The translations under genes and the position numbers were made by a program. The notes under the pieces are model-generated. The model was not told where the DNA came from, did no database searches, and was given only the letters and a program-made list of their open reading frames with translations. This document shows positions 52,141 through 64,000 of a DNA stretch of 64,000 nt, one piece after another; within the stretch, counting starts at the first letter, position 1, and every line of letters starts with the position of its first letter. The DNA is from Vermamoeba vermiformis (taxonomy: Eukaryota), in contig JBEWZL010000266.1 of assembly GCA_045837725.1 (NCBI GenBank), positions 248,001 to 312,000 of the forward strand. The letters are read 5' to 3'.

Positions 52141-55100
52141 TTACCAAATACTTGTGTCCAGCTCCAAGTACGCGCGATTTTCCAAGAATTCAATCGCTTC
52201 TTGGCTCACAGAGGTTCGCCTCAGTGAAAGGTACTCCAGCTGTTCGAGTTTAGTCAAGTGCGCGAGTCCCAGATCTGACAGAGGAGTTGCATAAAACGAG
52301 GCTCGTCGCAGCTTGGTGAAGTGTTTGAAATGCACAGCACCACCCGAATCGAATTCTTTTTGTTGTCGAATGTTGAGCTCTTTCAGATTGATCAGTGTAG
52401 TCAGCTTCCCAAGGCCCTCGTTTGTCATTGGTGACAGTTCGAGTGACTCTAATTGCGTTAACTTTGCAACAGTTTCGTAGAATTTGTCGGTGTCGCTGAT
52501 TGGACCAGAAATGGACAAGACGAGTGACTTGAGGTTCGTAAAACTTGAAATTTTTGGACTAAATTTCAACGATGACACGTGCAGCCGTTCAACTCCTGGC
52601 GAAACTGCGTCTAAGAATTCTAGGTCCTCGCCTAAAAAGGAAATTTAATTTAACTGCAGCTATGGATTACAATCGCCAGTAACTTACCACGATTTTGTTG
52701 TACGTCCAAACACTTCAAGTTTTTCAGTTTGGCCAAGTGCGGCATAATTGCGGTATGAGCAGGAAAGTGCGGCAATATTTCAAGTTCCTATTCATAAAGG
52801 AGTTAGAACTACTGTCAGATCTACCGACTAAATTGTTGTCATAGAAGCTTACTTCCAATTGCGTCAGCTGACCGATCGCGTTCCAATGCGTGTCTTTAGT
52901 AGCGGCTGTGTCAGAGAGTTTGAGGACTTTGATGTTGGTCAGTGCACTGAGGGACTCGCCATTGTTGCATTTACTCAGCTGAGCGGATCTCAAGTGCTTC
53001 AATGAACCCAACGCAGTCACTATCCAATGTCAAGTTAATATGGTCGTGAGATTAGAAGTAATAAGGCTTGTCTTACGAGTAGTGACTTTTGCGGCAACAA
53101 AACATTTGTTTTCCAAATTAGGCAAGGAGTTGACAATGCTGTCCAAATCTTCGTTCGACATGTCTTCTAGCGAAAAAAAGGTAAGTATTTTATAAGCAAA
53201 GTGCTGTACTATGCTTGACTTACTTTCCAAATCGCCGTTAATGTTCAAACTCGTCAATTGAGTCAAGTTTTGGAAGTTTAATATCTTTCTAATGCGTGTA
53301 TTATGGAGATCTAAACTCTTCAATCGCGTTAATCGTTCGATTGGTGACACATCTGCTGGAGGTTGTGTGTTCCGCATTGAAAAATATTCCAAATTAGGAA
53401 ATAACTTGAGTAGTTCGAGAGAAGTTATTGTTCTGTAGATCGAGAGGCGAGTAATATTCGTATTAACGGCTGGATTAAACAGATATAATTAATAACTGCG
53501 CTCAGTTGGCAATCGCCGGTTTGACAAAAAGCTTACCACATCCGTTAAAATTTTCGATATGAAGGTCATTCAAGATTAGTTCTTCAAGACCGCTGTCTCC
53601 TTCTAAAGCGGCCTTCAAGCAATCCGTGCAATCTTTGCAATGGCTTACAGTCTTCCCAGGTCCGAAAGGTACGAGCACGGGTACGCTTATAATATTACCT
53701 TCCTTGTGTTGTTTGTTGTGAATGTTTGTCAGATCCAGCGAATTAACGAAACAGTTATGCAGCAAGAATCGAATTGATTCAGGAGTAACGTTTTGATGTC
53801 GCTTCAGCTGCATTAAGAAGAACTTTCTGAATTTGTCGTCACCAGGGGTGTATCCTTCTTCATTGCCTGTAGCAACTAGACAGTAAGTGAACGAGCATCA
53901 CATTTTCCAGTACAAAACGGAAATTTCATCTTTTGGTGGTCAAACTTCGGTCAACGCATTAGAAATAAAGCACCGAATAGCTTACCGGTAAATTTGCGCT
54001 TCACCAAATGCATGAATGCAGTGTCGAACAATTTGTAGTTGAGGTTCTTCTTGAAATTGCCGGATCCCATCTGTTCGCTGACCTTATCTTCGTAACAATG
54101 CAGGATACGACGAGTTTTCGTTTTAATATCTGTTAGTTAATTGTATTAGAAGAGCTCTATTACCTAGTACTTCACCGCATCCTTCGTTTTTTCATCTAGC
54201 TACGTACTGTCCTCAGTTATGATCGCCGTTACTCGCCATAGTGGCTCATCGCCACTGCTCTCGTATCTGTAATCATAGCTTGCACCAGGTCTGCCCCATA
54301 GTTGAACAAACACAGTGCCTGATAAAGTCCATCTTTAGCAACAAAAATCTCAAAGCGTAGAGCTCTTACCGTCTGCTATTTGAAGCTGTGGTAGATGAAC
54401 GACAGTGAGCCATTCAGGCTGCATATTTACGTCATTTGGTATGCTTGTTCCGTATAGCTAAATTAAATTAGCAAGTCTTGAACGAATCGGATCTGATTAA
54501 GTACAAAGACTAAAAATAGGAATTGAAGTGTGTAATCATCTATGAATAATACCTTACGCAGCTCGTCCATATGACGTTCCGTGAGTATAGGCATTGGGTT
54601 GTTCCATCGAAACAGCGGACGTCACGGTTCTACCTATAATCTCGGCTACGTCAAGCAGTGCAGCTTGATCTAACGTAATTAATGTCAATAGAGGAATATG
54701 GAGCAGTGGTCTCAAATTGTACCTTGCGCTAATAGTTTTGCACGGTAAACTGCTCGGATCTTGTTATAAATCTCCAGGTCAGCAGTTCTTCCTTCTGAAA
54801 GCAAATAATATACTGATAAATAACGCAAAATAGCGAATTCGTCGTACCGCCGGCAACGAAAATTAAGAATTTTTTAAACGGATCTGGTATTGGATGCGTC
54901 GAGATCTTGGGTACTGTAGTGCCTATAACCATGTATACTCTAAGCATACTCAGTTTAGCATTTTTAAAAAATTCTAGTCTTGATTACGATTTTTCAATTC
55001 AAATTAAAATTGAAAAATCAATATTCTTACTCTTCGTCAGGTGTTTGACATAAGCAAGGTAATTGATATATCTGTCTCACAGAGTACCAACATCCCATCC

Positions 55101-55200
55101 AGGAATTCTGTGAGTCGTTTTGATTCAAAACAGCGAGGATCCTCTGCTCTAAGGCAGAGTCCCCGCAAGGAATGAATAACGATGGCCTTTCTGCCTCCAT
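52141..55200 (-). CDS. Leucine-rich repeat protein, multi-exon
   Basis: Many LxxLxxLxL repeats (52141-53813); upstream exons can be traced to MEAERPSLF at 55200. Confidence 0.75.
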
Positions 55201-55438
55201 TGGAATCTCCTTTTCTTGTTATTTGCGTTAAGTATAATCAATAAGATCTTGCAACGTTTTTTTTGACGGCCAAAGAATTTTCAAGCCACGTGGGTGTAAA
55301 ATCACGTGACTTCCACGATCGTAGCGTGGTTCAAGCGTCCTTTTATTACGAACAGATAGGTTAAGTATGGCTCGTTCTGCTTTTCGCTGAACTGACCACG
55401 TGGGCTTTCTACATGGTCCTGCGGTGGTATTTGCTTTC

Positions 55439-57279
55439 CTAATACACTTGATGGACATACGGGGAGACCTGCGGGAACATGACAGCAACTGTAGTCTGTA
55501 TCTCTTCAGTGCAACCTGACGCGAAGTCCCTCATTTCTAGGTCACTGTAGAATAAACGTATGCTCAGTAATTAGCTCGGACGATTATCACAGAATTCTTA
55601 CCTGAGTGGAACGCCGCAGAAGACTACAGCAGCTAATCCTTGAATGGTTAGCGTGAACTCGCCTCCTTTGTCTTCTTTTGACACGGCCAACGTGCCTAAT
55701 TAACCACAATTAATTTAGTTAAACGATTGATCGTTATAATTGTGGTCTTACCGTCTTTGCGCGATTCAAATTTGAAGTAGCCATTGTTCCACTGGCAGTC
55801 TTCATCAATTATTTTAGCCACGAATTGCAATCCTTTGTGAGCAGCTTCGAATGAAACGCTGATTCCTGCCAGTTTCTCGACACTAATTACTCTTCCCATT
55901 GGTTGCGACCTTAGTCAAAAGTCAGCTTTTTTTACATTAATTAAACTCGCTCGCTTTTATTCATACCTCGCTGGTGTTTCAGGTCGATCAATTTTGCCAT
56001 GGACATCGTTCAAATCATTAACCCAGAGCTCTGTGCTGGTGTTTGGAGGCAAGTGGAGATGCACCTCGCTCACTTGATCGCCGTGTAAGGCGATGAACTG
56101 TAGCAACTGGTATTTGCCTAATTTGGCAATCAGTATCTATATAGTCAGTCAATGTCGGGTACGTACTGTTAGAGTTCAAATAATCGAACCACTTGATGCA
56201 CATTTGCGTGCGCAGTCCTTTCGTGTTGTAGACCATCGCACCAACAATGGCATTCGCTTCATACCCAGGTGAGTACTATATAGATAAATATACTTAAGGC
56301 ATGGACTTACATGTATCTCGAGCAAAGGCAACATAGAATTTGTCCGGCAAAATGAGCAATCTGTTGCGATTGTTTGCGTCAAACAGCGTCATGCCATGAA
56401 CGTCCTTTTGAACTTTGTGCAAGAAATCGTAGTACTCGTTTAGTGTATCAGTAGTGAGCTCGGCGTGCGTAATTGTGCCTTCAATCTTCTTGTTTTTGAG
56501 AAGTGGTTGCAGTTGTAACGGATTGAAGATCTTCAAGATCTGCATTGGGAAATTAAAGTATCCTAATCGTTGATAGAAGCTATCTTTGAACGGATATAAT
56601 CCTGAGATTGCATAGCCCTTCTCGTAAGCTTGTTTGAAATGTTCTTTTAGCAAACTCCGCACGAGACCATTGCGGCGTACTTCGGGGTAGGCGCAAACGG
56701 ATCCGAGGCCGTAGCAAGACAGGATTTTACCTAAATAACATTAGGGATTATAAATAACATCAGTGCAGATAAATAGATGATGTGTCTGATAAGACTCTGA
56801 GTTTCGGATCAGATGACGTTTCAGACCAGTTCAATCTTAGAGAACTTACCGCGAATGGTTTGGCTCATTGGAATGCCAACGGAGGAGGCTACTGGCTTGC
56901 GGCTTGACTTGTCTTTAAAGTAGATCACGTTACATTTGGTCAAGATGTTGCAGTATCCTTGACGAGAAGTGGTGTTTGAAAGTTCATGAGGTGCTGCTTT
57001 GAAGCAGTAAATTGCAATCTCGTAGAGCAGATCCGCCTAGCACGGTCAATATTGCGTCAATAATTGGAATATTCGTTTGACAATGCTAATAATAAAAAAA
57101 TCTCATAACCAGAATAATAGCTTAATTTCGTGTTGGAGTTAAATAGGATCATGTTACAAAAATATTAAAAATTGTTGGGACGAAAATAATGTGCTTGATC
57201 TGTCACCTTCTGATCTTAACAGCCGTACCTCTTCGAGGGACACCATATTAACCATCTGATAATTCTCTAACGCAGTCAT
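55439..57279 (-). CDS. Eis-like GNAT acetyltransferase (tandem GNAT plus SCP2-like C-terminus)
   Basis: QTIRG...GLGSVCAYPEVRRNGLVR, SGLYPFKDSFYQRLGY, PMGRVISVEKL, IIDEDCQWNNG, LTIQGLAAVVF. Confidence 0.82.
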
Positions 57280-57681
57280 TTTGTAATTATGGCACCTGTT
57301 GTCACGCGTTACAGCTCAATGAAGGAAGTGAATAATTAAAGGATTGGCAAGATCTTTCCTATTTTTTTCTGTAACGATTCCGATTTCGATTCTTGCTCTA
57401 TTCTAGCGGTGGGCTATACGGGAAACTGGATCTAGCAGACCAGGCACGAATTAGTTGTTAAGTGCTTAGATCTTCAAAACTTTTTTTTGTGCTTGCACGC
57501 ACTTTATAAGAATCGTCCGTAGCTACCATTCTTGTGATCTTCGTTTGGTACTCGAAAATGTTTCAGATGGTAACAACAAGCACGTGGTTAAAACTTGCGG
57601 AAAGGAACAAGAAACGAAAATCGCGGCAGTGAATTGCTTATAAAAGCATTGCGCTTCAAATGAGGAGCCATTATTTTAATC

Positions 57682-59408
57682 ATGAATACAATGTTATTAC
57701 CTAAAGAGCTGCTCGCCATTATTGTGGACAATTTGAACGGCGACGGCAGATCGATGCTTAGCTTGATGTTGTCCTGCAAAGTGTATTTTAAATGGATGTC
57801 TAGTGACAAATTATTTGATAATTTTTGGAAAATAGTGGCCCGCAATTGTCGTCGAAATATGAGCAGGTATTAATTAATGATAAATTTGTAATTATAATTT
57901 CAACAAAAAATCTAACACTACAGCTGCAGAAATTTTGTAGAATTTGACGACACAGCAGCTTCTACAGCTCGTTCAGGTTCGTGGTATCGTGAAGTTATGG
58001 AACTAGACCAGATCAAGCGTAACTGGCGATCAGGAGCATGTCGCTCGCGTGCTGTTGACATGCACAATTACGGCTGTTTGAAATTCTGTAAATATGATAA
58101 TAAGCACCTCCTTGTTGGTATGTTACAATGCTGTGCTTCGTGGTGACATCAACTTTTAGACTGATCTACCTTATTTAAGGCAGCGGCAATGGCAAGCTGC
58201 TGGTCATGAAGTTGGTGGAGCAACAAACAAAAGAGGCCGATGATGAGACTAAGGAGAAGAGTGATAGTGATCACACAAGCAATAATTCAATGTGCACGCC
58301 AGCGGATCGAGCAAACAGTTCCCGCGTGTCACTGCGCAAGAAAAACAACGCGAGCACGTGGGCGCTTAAGACTGTGCGCGCGATGAAATCGAACAGCGAG
58401 GCCTTGTCTTACTGTCTGCCTTTTGCGCGTGCCAATAAATTCATCACGGGAGGTTGGGACTGGTAAGGATCCGTTGCATGGCGAAGCACACGCCTTTACT
58501 ATATTAAGACTAATTAATATCGATTATAGCAAAGTGAAGATATGGGACTTTGAGAAACTAAAACCAATCACGCGAATTAATGAGGAATTTGGTATGACAC
58601 TTTGACACTTCAACATGTCACGTGATTATTAATGTGTCACTAGGGTCAATCGAAGTGCTCAGCATGTATGACGATCGTCAGTTGATTATCGGCACATCGA
58701 CCGAAGATCCAGTGCAGATCTATGACTTCGCTAGTCAAACAGTAGTAGCACGACCGAGCACAGCAGACGCAGCAGTGTGGCAACTAGAACTGAATCAAAT
58801 GAACGACGTGCTGGTGTTCGGAGATACGACGGGATTGATCACTTTGTACGACACTAAGCGACAGCGAGAGATGCACGAGATCACGTACTACAAGAGCGCT
58901 ATTCGGTCACTCAAGTGGCAAGCACGGTCCGAGCACCAATTCTACGTGTGCACGGAAGGTTCAGTGTTGCATCAGTGGGACATGCGAAGATTGGACGCCC
59001 CTCTGCGCCATGCCAATGTACCCACTGCACGCAACGACGGCGTGTTTTTGCGACTGCAACAGAACGAGCACAGTACGTAATGTCGTGGTAATCTTTCAAT
59101 TCCCTTTAAATTAAAACGTGTCATTTTTAGTCATTGCGGGAGGTGGCAGCAACGGCATGTTGTACGTCTACGACACCAAGACCATGGCGCTACTATACAT
59201 GATACCTGCAGCACAACAGAGCATCAACAGTATAGTCATGGACGAGTTCAATGTCTACGCAGGGTTCGTGAATGGAGCACTGCGTATGTTCGATTTTGAC
59301 GTGGCACCTGAACTCGTCAATGTAAATCCGAAGACTAAGATCACACCCAAATCAATGCACAAGTTGATTGGCATGCATGGATACGATTACAAGGGGCACA
59401 TCTATTGA
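57682..59408 (+). CDS. F-box/WD40-repeat protein
   Basis: LLPKELLAIIV F-box; WD motifs ITGGWD.KVKIWD, ITLYD, LHQWD, LRMFD. Confidence 0.8.
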
Positions 59409-59662
59409 TCTGCACATTGCTGTTTGTTTGTGTTCAGCTGAAATTGGAATGAAGTCTTGGCCGGACTATTAGGAAGAGGTGAACATCAGTACTATAAGAA
59501 GTTTATTTACAAGAAGGGGACTTGCGCGATTGTAGGACTTATTAAAATGTATCATCGTTTGACCCAAGCTAATGCGGAGTTAGCGCGGAGTAACCCTAGT
59601 ATCCCTTTTACAAGCGGAATTACCTCTGAGTGCAGCGACGGCATTCAACAAACAAGGAGACC

Positions 59663-60781
59663 TTAGAAGTACCTTCGCCGTATGTGGATGCTAGGACCAG
59701 ACTCTTCGTACTCTTGCTTGGAGATTCGCATTTGTTCGAAGCTCGACAACGAGGCCAAGATCGAACCACCAACCCAGCTAGCGTACTCGCGTTCAGGCAG
59801 CGCAAAGACTTTGACACCCAAAGTAGGAGGAGCGAGCAGCATCATCTCCTTTTGCATTCTTCCAGCGAGACCAGGGAACAAGGTGTTGCCACCGGACAAT
59901 ACAATGTTGAGGTACAACTCTTTGCGCAGGTCCAAGTCACACTTGGTGATCGCGTTGAAGACAGTCTCGTGAATGCCTACTGATTGCATGCCCAAGAGCG
60001 AGGGCTGGAACAACGCCTCGGGACAATGAAAGCGCGCATCGTTGATAGTGATGACTTGGCCGTTAGGTAAGGTATAGTTCTTGTCTAGTTGAGCGGATGT
60101 GGCAGCAGTTTGACTCTCTTGTTTGAAGTCCAAAGCAACATAGCAGAGCTTCTCCTTGATGTCACGTGCAATTTCACGTTCTTTAGTGGTAGCCAATGTG
60201 TGGCCGCGTGCCGTCAAGAGCTTCATCAGGTACTCGGTCAAATCACGACCAGCAAGATCTAGCTGCAGGACTGCGTGAGAGATAGCGTAGCCTTCGTAGA
60301 TTGGGACTGCGTGTGTGACGCCATCACCTGACTCTAGCACGATGCCAGTGGTCCGACCAGAGGCGTAGAGGGACAACACAGCTGCATTTGTAATGTACAA
60401 AGATGGCACGTTGAATTTCTCGAACATAATTTGAGATATTCTTTCTCTGTTGGCTTTAGGATTTAAAGAAGATTCAATGAGTAAGACAGGGTGCTCCTCG
60501 GGAGAAATACGGAGCTCGTTGTAAAAAAGGTGATCCCAAATCTTCTCCATCTCGTCAAAATTCGAAATAATTCCTCGTTGAACAGGAAATCCCTTGTTTT
60601 TATCTTCCAAAATTCCCCGATGAATTATTGCTTCGTCTCCTACGTACGAATCTTTTTTGGGGTTGTCTGACTTGCCAACGACTGATCGAAAAACTGCTCG
60701 AGGCTCTTCTTCACCAGCGAAACCAGCTTTAATATATCTCGATCCATTATCAATTACGATGGCTGCTTTCTCCTCAGTCAT
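59663..60781 (-). CDS. Divergent intronless actin
   Basis: [62 protein letters not shown]; 372-aa uninterrupted ORF. Confidence 0.92.
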   Translation of the reverse strand: MTEEKAAIVIDNGSRYIKAGFAGEEEPRAVFRSVVGKSDNPKKDSYVGDEAIIHRGILEDKNKGFPVQRGIISNFDEMEKIWDHLFYNELRISPEEHPVLLIESSLNPKANRERISQIMFEKFNVPSLYITNAAVLSLYASGRTTGIVLESGDGVTHAVPIYEGYAISHAVLQLDLAGRDLTEYLMKLLTARGHTLATTKEREIARDIKEKLCYVALDFKQESQTAATSAQLDKNYTLPNGQVITINDARFHCPEALFQPSLLGMQSVGIHETVFNAITKCDLDLRKELYLNIVLSGGNTLFPGLAGRMQKEMMLLAPPTLGVKVFALPEREYASWVGGSILASLSSFEQMRISKQEYEESGPSIHIRRRYF

Positions 60782-60879
60782 TGGCGTTCGCTGCTGCTGG
60801 TCTTTGTCTGAGATAAAAAAATGAATTGTTTTTTACTTCTTTTTCAAACCTATCGACCACGTGTTTACAATAATAGACA

Positions 60880-62176
60880 ATGGGTTTCTTTGCTGTAATT
60901 TTGCGATTTGCATCGTACGGCATTTTGTTCGCCTTAGCCACTGTCAGTCTTGGTAAGATCATCCAAAATTTCAAAAATCTAAAATATTCTTAAAAAATTG
61001 TTTAAAATTATATGCACAGCGACTCACTATTGTAGTACTATTCTTGATTGTCTGCAAGCATAGGTGTCTATTTAAAATTAAGAAAAATTTTCATTTGCAA
61101 ACTCATTATTTCAAGCGATTATAGCTAATCAAGTTTATATACAGCTAGTGGATTGTATTATTTAGCCGAATTAGTCGAAGAATATGAAAGGCTAACGAAA
61201 AAAATAATTCGATACTCTGTCTACGTAAGCAAGATCCCAAAATCTCCAAAAATTATTCCAATATTATTTATTACTGCAATAGTAATCGTTATAAAATTCA
61301 ACATGAAATTGAATAATTAATTGAAAAACCAGCGAATGATAATTTTTCCGCCTTCCCCTCATTTCTTTTTTGACGGTCGCTAATAATAATAATAATATTG
61401 ATTATAGGCTGTTATGGCTATTCACGTTCTTATGTGGGTGTTCGAAGGCTATCCATTCTTTTACATTCTCATTGGCTTGGCCTCGCACTTCTTGTACTAT
61501 CAACTCTTGCGCCGATTCCCGCACATTGAATTGACCAACTTGCTCTTTATTCTCTCTTGCGGTACGTACTATATTCATAATATTAGCAAATATAAATGCC
61601 ACGCAATATTATAATGGCTGCCCTCGTTATGGATGCGTTTGTCAGCGTACTTTTTGGTACATGAAATTGACCTTATATGGCAGTGATGTTGATGATTAGT
61701 CATGCGGTGTGGTTCTCGTTCTACAGCCAGAGCTACAGACCCTTCGAAGAGGTCATGGCCTTCTTTATGATCTGCGTGTGGCTCGTGCCGTTCTCATTCT
61801 TCATTAGCATGACGGCCAACGAAGACACTTTGCCTTATGGCTCTACCATCTCTGCTGGTACGTATAGCACTCCTCTAAATATCAATTATGCGTTTGCGAG
61901 TTTGACTATTGTTAATACAATCGCTGCAAGAAATTACAAAATCCCACGATGGGATTGGACACGTTAGATCCAATTTTTTACGTAAAGCAAATGTATATAT
62001 ATATGATACTGATAACAAAATTAACTATAGCCGGTGAGCCTTTGACCGCTGACGGTGCAGCACGCAAGCCCAGAGTGAACCGATTGGTCAGCTTGTTCCA
62101 ATGGTTGAAGCGCAAGCAAGAAGAGATTATCCCCGTTGAGAGCTTCAGAACTAAGCGCGACACTAAAACTTTCTAA
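60880..62176 (+). CDS. TEX261: TEX261/Svp26 (Erv26) ER-Golgi cargo adaptor
   Basis: ASGLYYLAELVEEY and FFMICVWLVPFSFFISMTANEDTLP motifs. Confidence 0.88.
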
Positions 62177-62352
62177 ATATGATCGTCATATATCATGAGA
62201 CTTCATGGCATATTGAATTGCTCGCGGACTTCATGTCACAAAATTTTTGTTAAATAGAATTACAATATTTAATTTCGATTAAAAACAATAACATCATATA
62301 TGGCTATTATATTCGTATGAAATATATTTATTATAATACAAGTGACTCGGAT

Positions 62353-63283
62353 CTATTTTTTGGTCAGCAACTCATCGACGGTTTGTTCCCATTTGCTTAA
62401 CATATAATCCCAATATAAGAACTTCTGCGACAATGCAGTGATCTATATAACAATATTAATATGATTATACGAGTAAGTATGAATATAGAATGGTCTTACT
62501 GTTTCATCGTAAGCGAAAATTAAATTATTGTAGCGTTCTTCCATTTGATTGGCCATTAATCTCTGATCGATGTGTACACTACTGATAGACTCGACTTTTG
62601 CACCCACTTGTTTAATATCTAATAATAAGACAAATTAATATTTTGATCCAAACACAAAAGGAGGCCAAATCCACTACGTAAATTTGTTTTAAATAGATTA
62701 TATGCTTACTTTGAATATACTCGGTGTTGATGTATTTTTTCAACTCGTTCAATTTGCTAACTAATTGCGCTGTGTCCTTCAAAGTCGTCTGCATCGCCAC
62801 GACAATTTCAGCTTTGACTTCAGCTGGCAATGTAGCCTCGCTATTATCTAATATTGCACTTGCTTGTTGATCTAATTAATAAATCATTACTACTTGCTCG
62901 ATAATAATAATTAACTCGGAATTGAACGGATCTGTCGTTTGTTGATTTTGTTAGTAATTATTTTACTTACGTTTATCAAATAAATTCTGTATTTCCTTAT
63001 TTTTTGAAAGCACCGTATTGAATTGTTTATGCAGATCTACCACAGCTGAAGAAATATCTCTGTAAAAATTAAAATAAAAATTAGGAAATTGTCAAAATGC
63101 CAAAACAGCATAGATTATCGAGTAATGACATAAATGGAGTATTTTCAACATTATTATGGCCAAATATAAGCCTTACCCATCGAGTTTGGTTTTGGCATCT
63201 TGAAATGCATTGTTTGCTAACACTCGCTCGAGGGTTGTCAACCGCTCATCTAATAAAGCATAATCTTGATAGAAATTGGTCAT
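62353..63283 (-). CDS. DCTN3: Dynactin subunit 3 (p22/p24)-like
   Basis: LDERLTTLERV N-terminus, PAEVKAEIVVA...KKYINTEYIQ, and C-terminal YDET|ITALSQKFLYWDYML, resembling the DCTN3 SKQFVQWD motif. Confidence 0.7.
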
Positions 63284-64000
63284 TGTTTGACTTGACAACC
63301 GTTGGACTGTCGTGGAACTTGTTAACAAAAAGATCCGAACTCAATTAAATTGATTGTACGCTAGAAACACCACGCAGATATATTCTAGTAATAACAATCC
63401 TAAACGAAGTTCTATAATCAGCGCTGACGCAAGAGGTTCAGTGTTCGAATTATTGGATCCCATCCATGGGATTTTGTTCCTGTACAAAATTCTTTGTTAC
63501 AATCGCTATGATTATTACACTGCCGTATAATATTATTACGCGGCTATAATTGGCTGCAAGTAACAAGGTTTGTTAAAATTAATTATTTTTAATTTTTAAA
63601 TTGAACCTGTCAAATATTGCAATCGTGAGATTAGGCACCACTCGCAGCATTGCTTAAGCGCGAATAATTATGAAATCCTTATGTCGTACCGCCTTCACTT
63701 TCGGACCTTGATCTCCTAGTATTACGGTAAGTTTGAAAGGGAAAAGTAAGATTTGAACACTTTAATAACCCTTCGTATCTTATTAGTGCAATCGAGGTCG
63801 GGAACATCGATGAAACCGCGGGTCTGCAAGTCCCACGGAGCATCAAGCACGTGACAGGTTGACGCAAGATTTCAACTCTCGTAAAATTTTACGGCGGACC
63901 TGTTCCGTTTAACTTTTTGTTCCGGGGCCTCGGGTATTTAAGTCCAACTGACAGGCCAGTTTAAAAATATTTTTAGAACAAGTCACAACGCACCACGAGA

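Noticed and set aside
55031..55200. Three hairpins plus CTGACGA on the minus strand, suggesting an ncRNA or hammerhead ribozyme
   Set aside because: The region reads as the open first exon of the LRR gene (ATG at 55200 to a GTAAG donor); no stem II/GAAA hammerhead core is present

Overview
Gene-dense, intron-rich eukaryotic DNA with short (~45-110 nt) GT-AG introns and frequent CTAAC/CTAAT/CTGAC branch-like motifs. This fits a free-living protist, possibly an amoeba (inference). About 30 protein-coding genes can be reconstructed. Housekeeping genes include Brr2/SNRNP200, mitochondrial Hsp70, an Oxa1-family insertase, TBC1D7, a dynactin p22/p24-like protein, TEX261/Svp26, TMEM256, ACBP-ankyrin, a Trk/HKT transporter, a SpoU methylase and proline iminopeptidase. 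There are several F-box, BTB, Kelch, LRR and WD40 proteins, and several bacterial-type genes (Eis-like GNAT, frameshifted SnoaL/NTF2, beta-helix protein, GH10). The most unusual parts are: (i) a coiled-coil plus PD-(D/E)XK-like nuclease candidate at 17.8-19.0 kb; (ii) a rearranged zone at 19-26 kb, where a GH10 gene is split by an intact EF-hand gene and internally deleted, followed by a poly-G tract (probably artefactual) and a tandem array of an orphan short-exon coiled-coil gene; (iii) a 371-bp inverted-repeat element inside an intron; (iv) an intronless actin with a shortened D-loop. No rRNA, tRNA, CRISPR array or transposase was recognised. No finding is a proven new system. Gene spans include introns, were assembled by eye, and exon boundaries are approximate.
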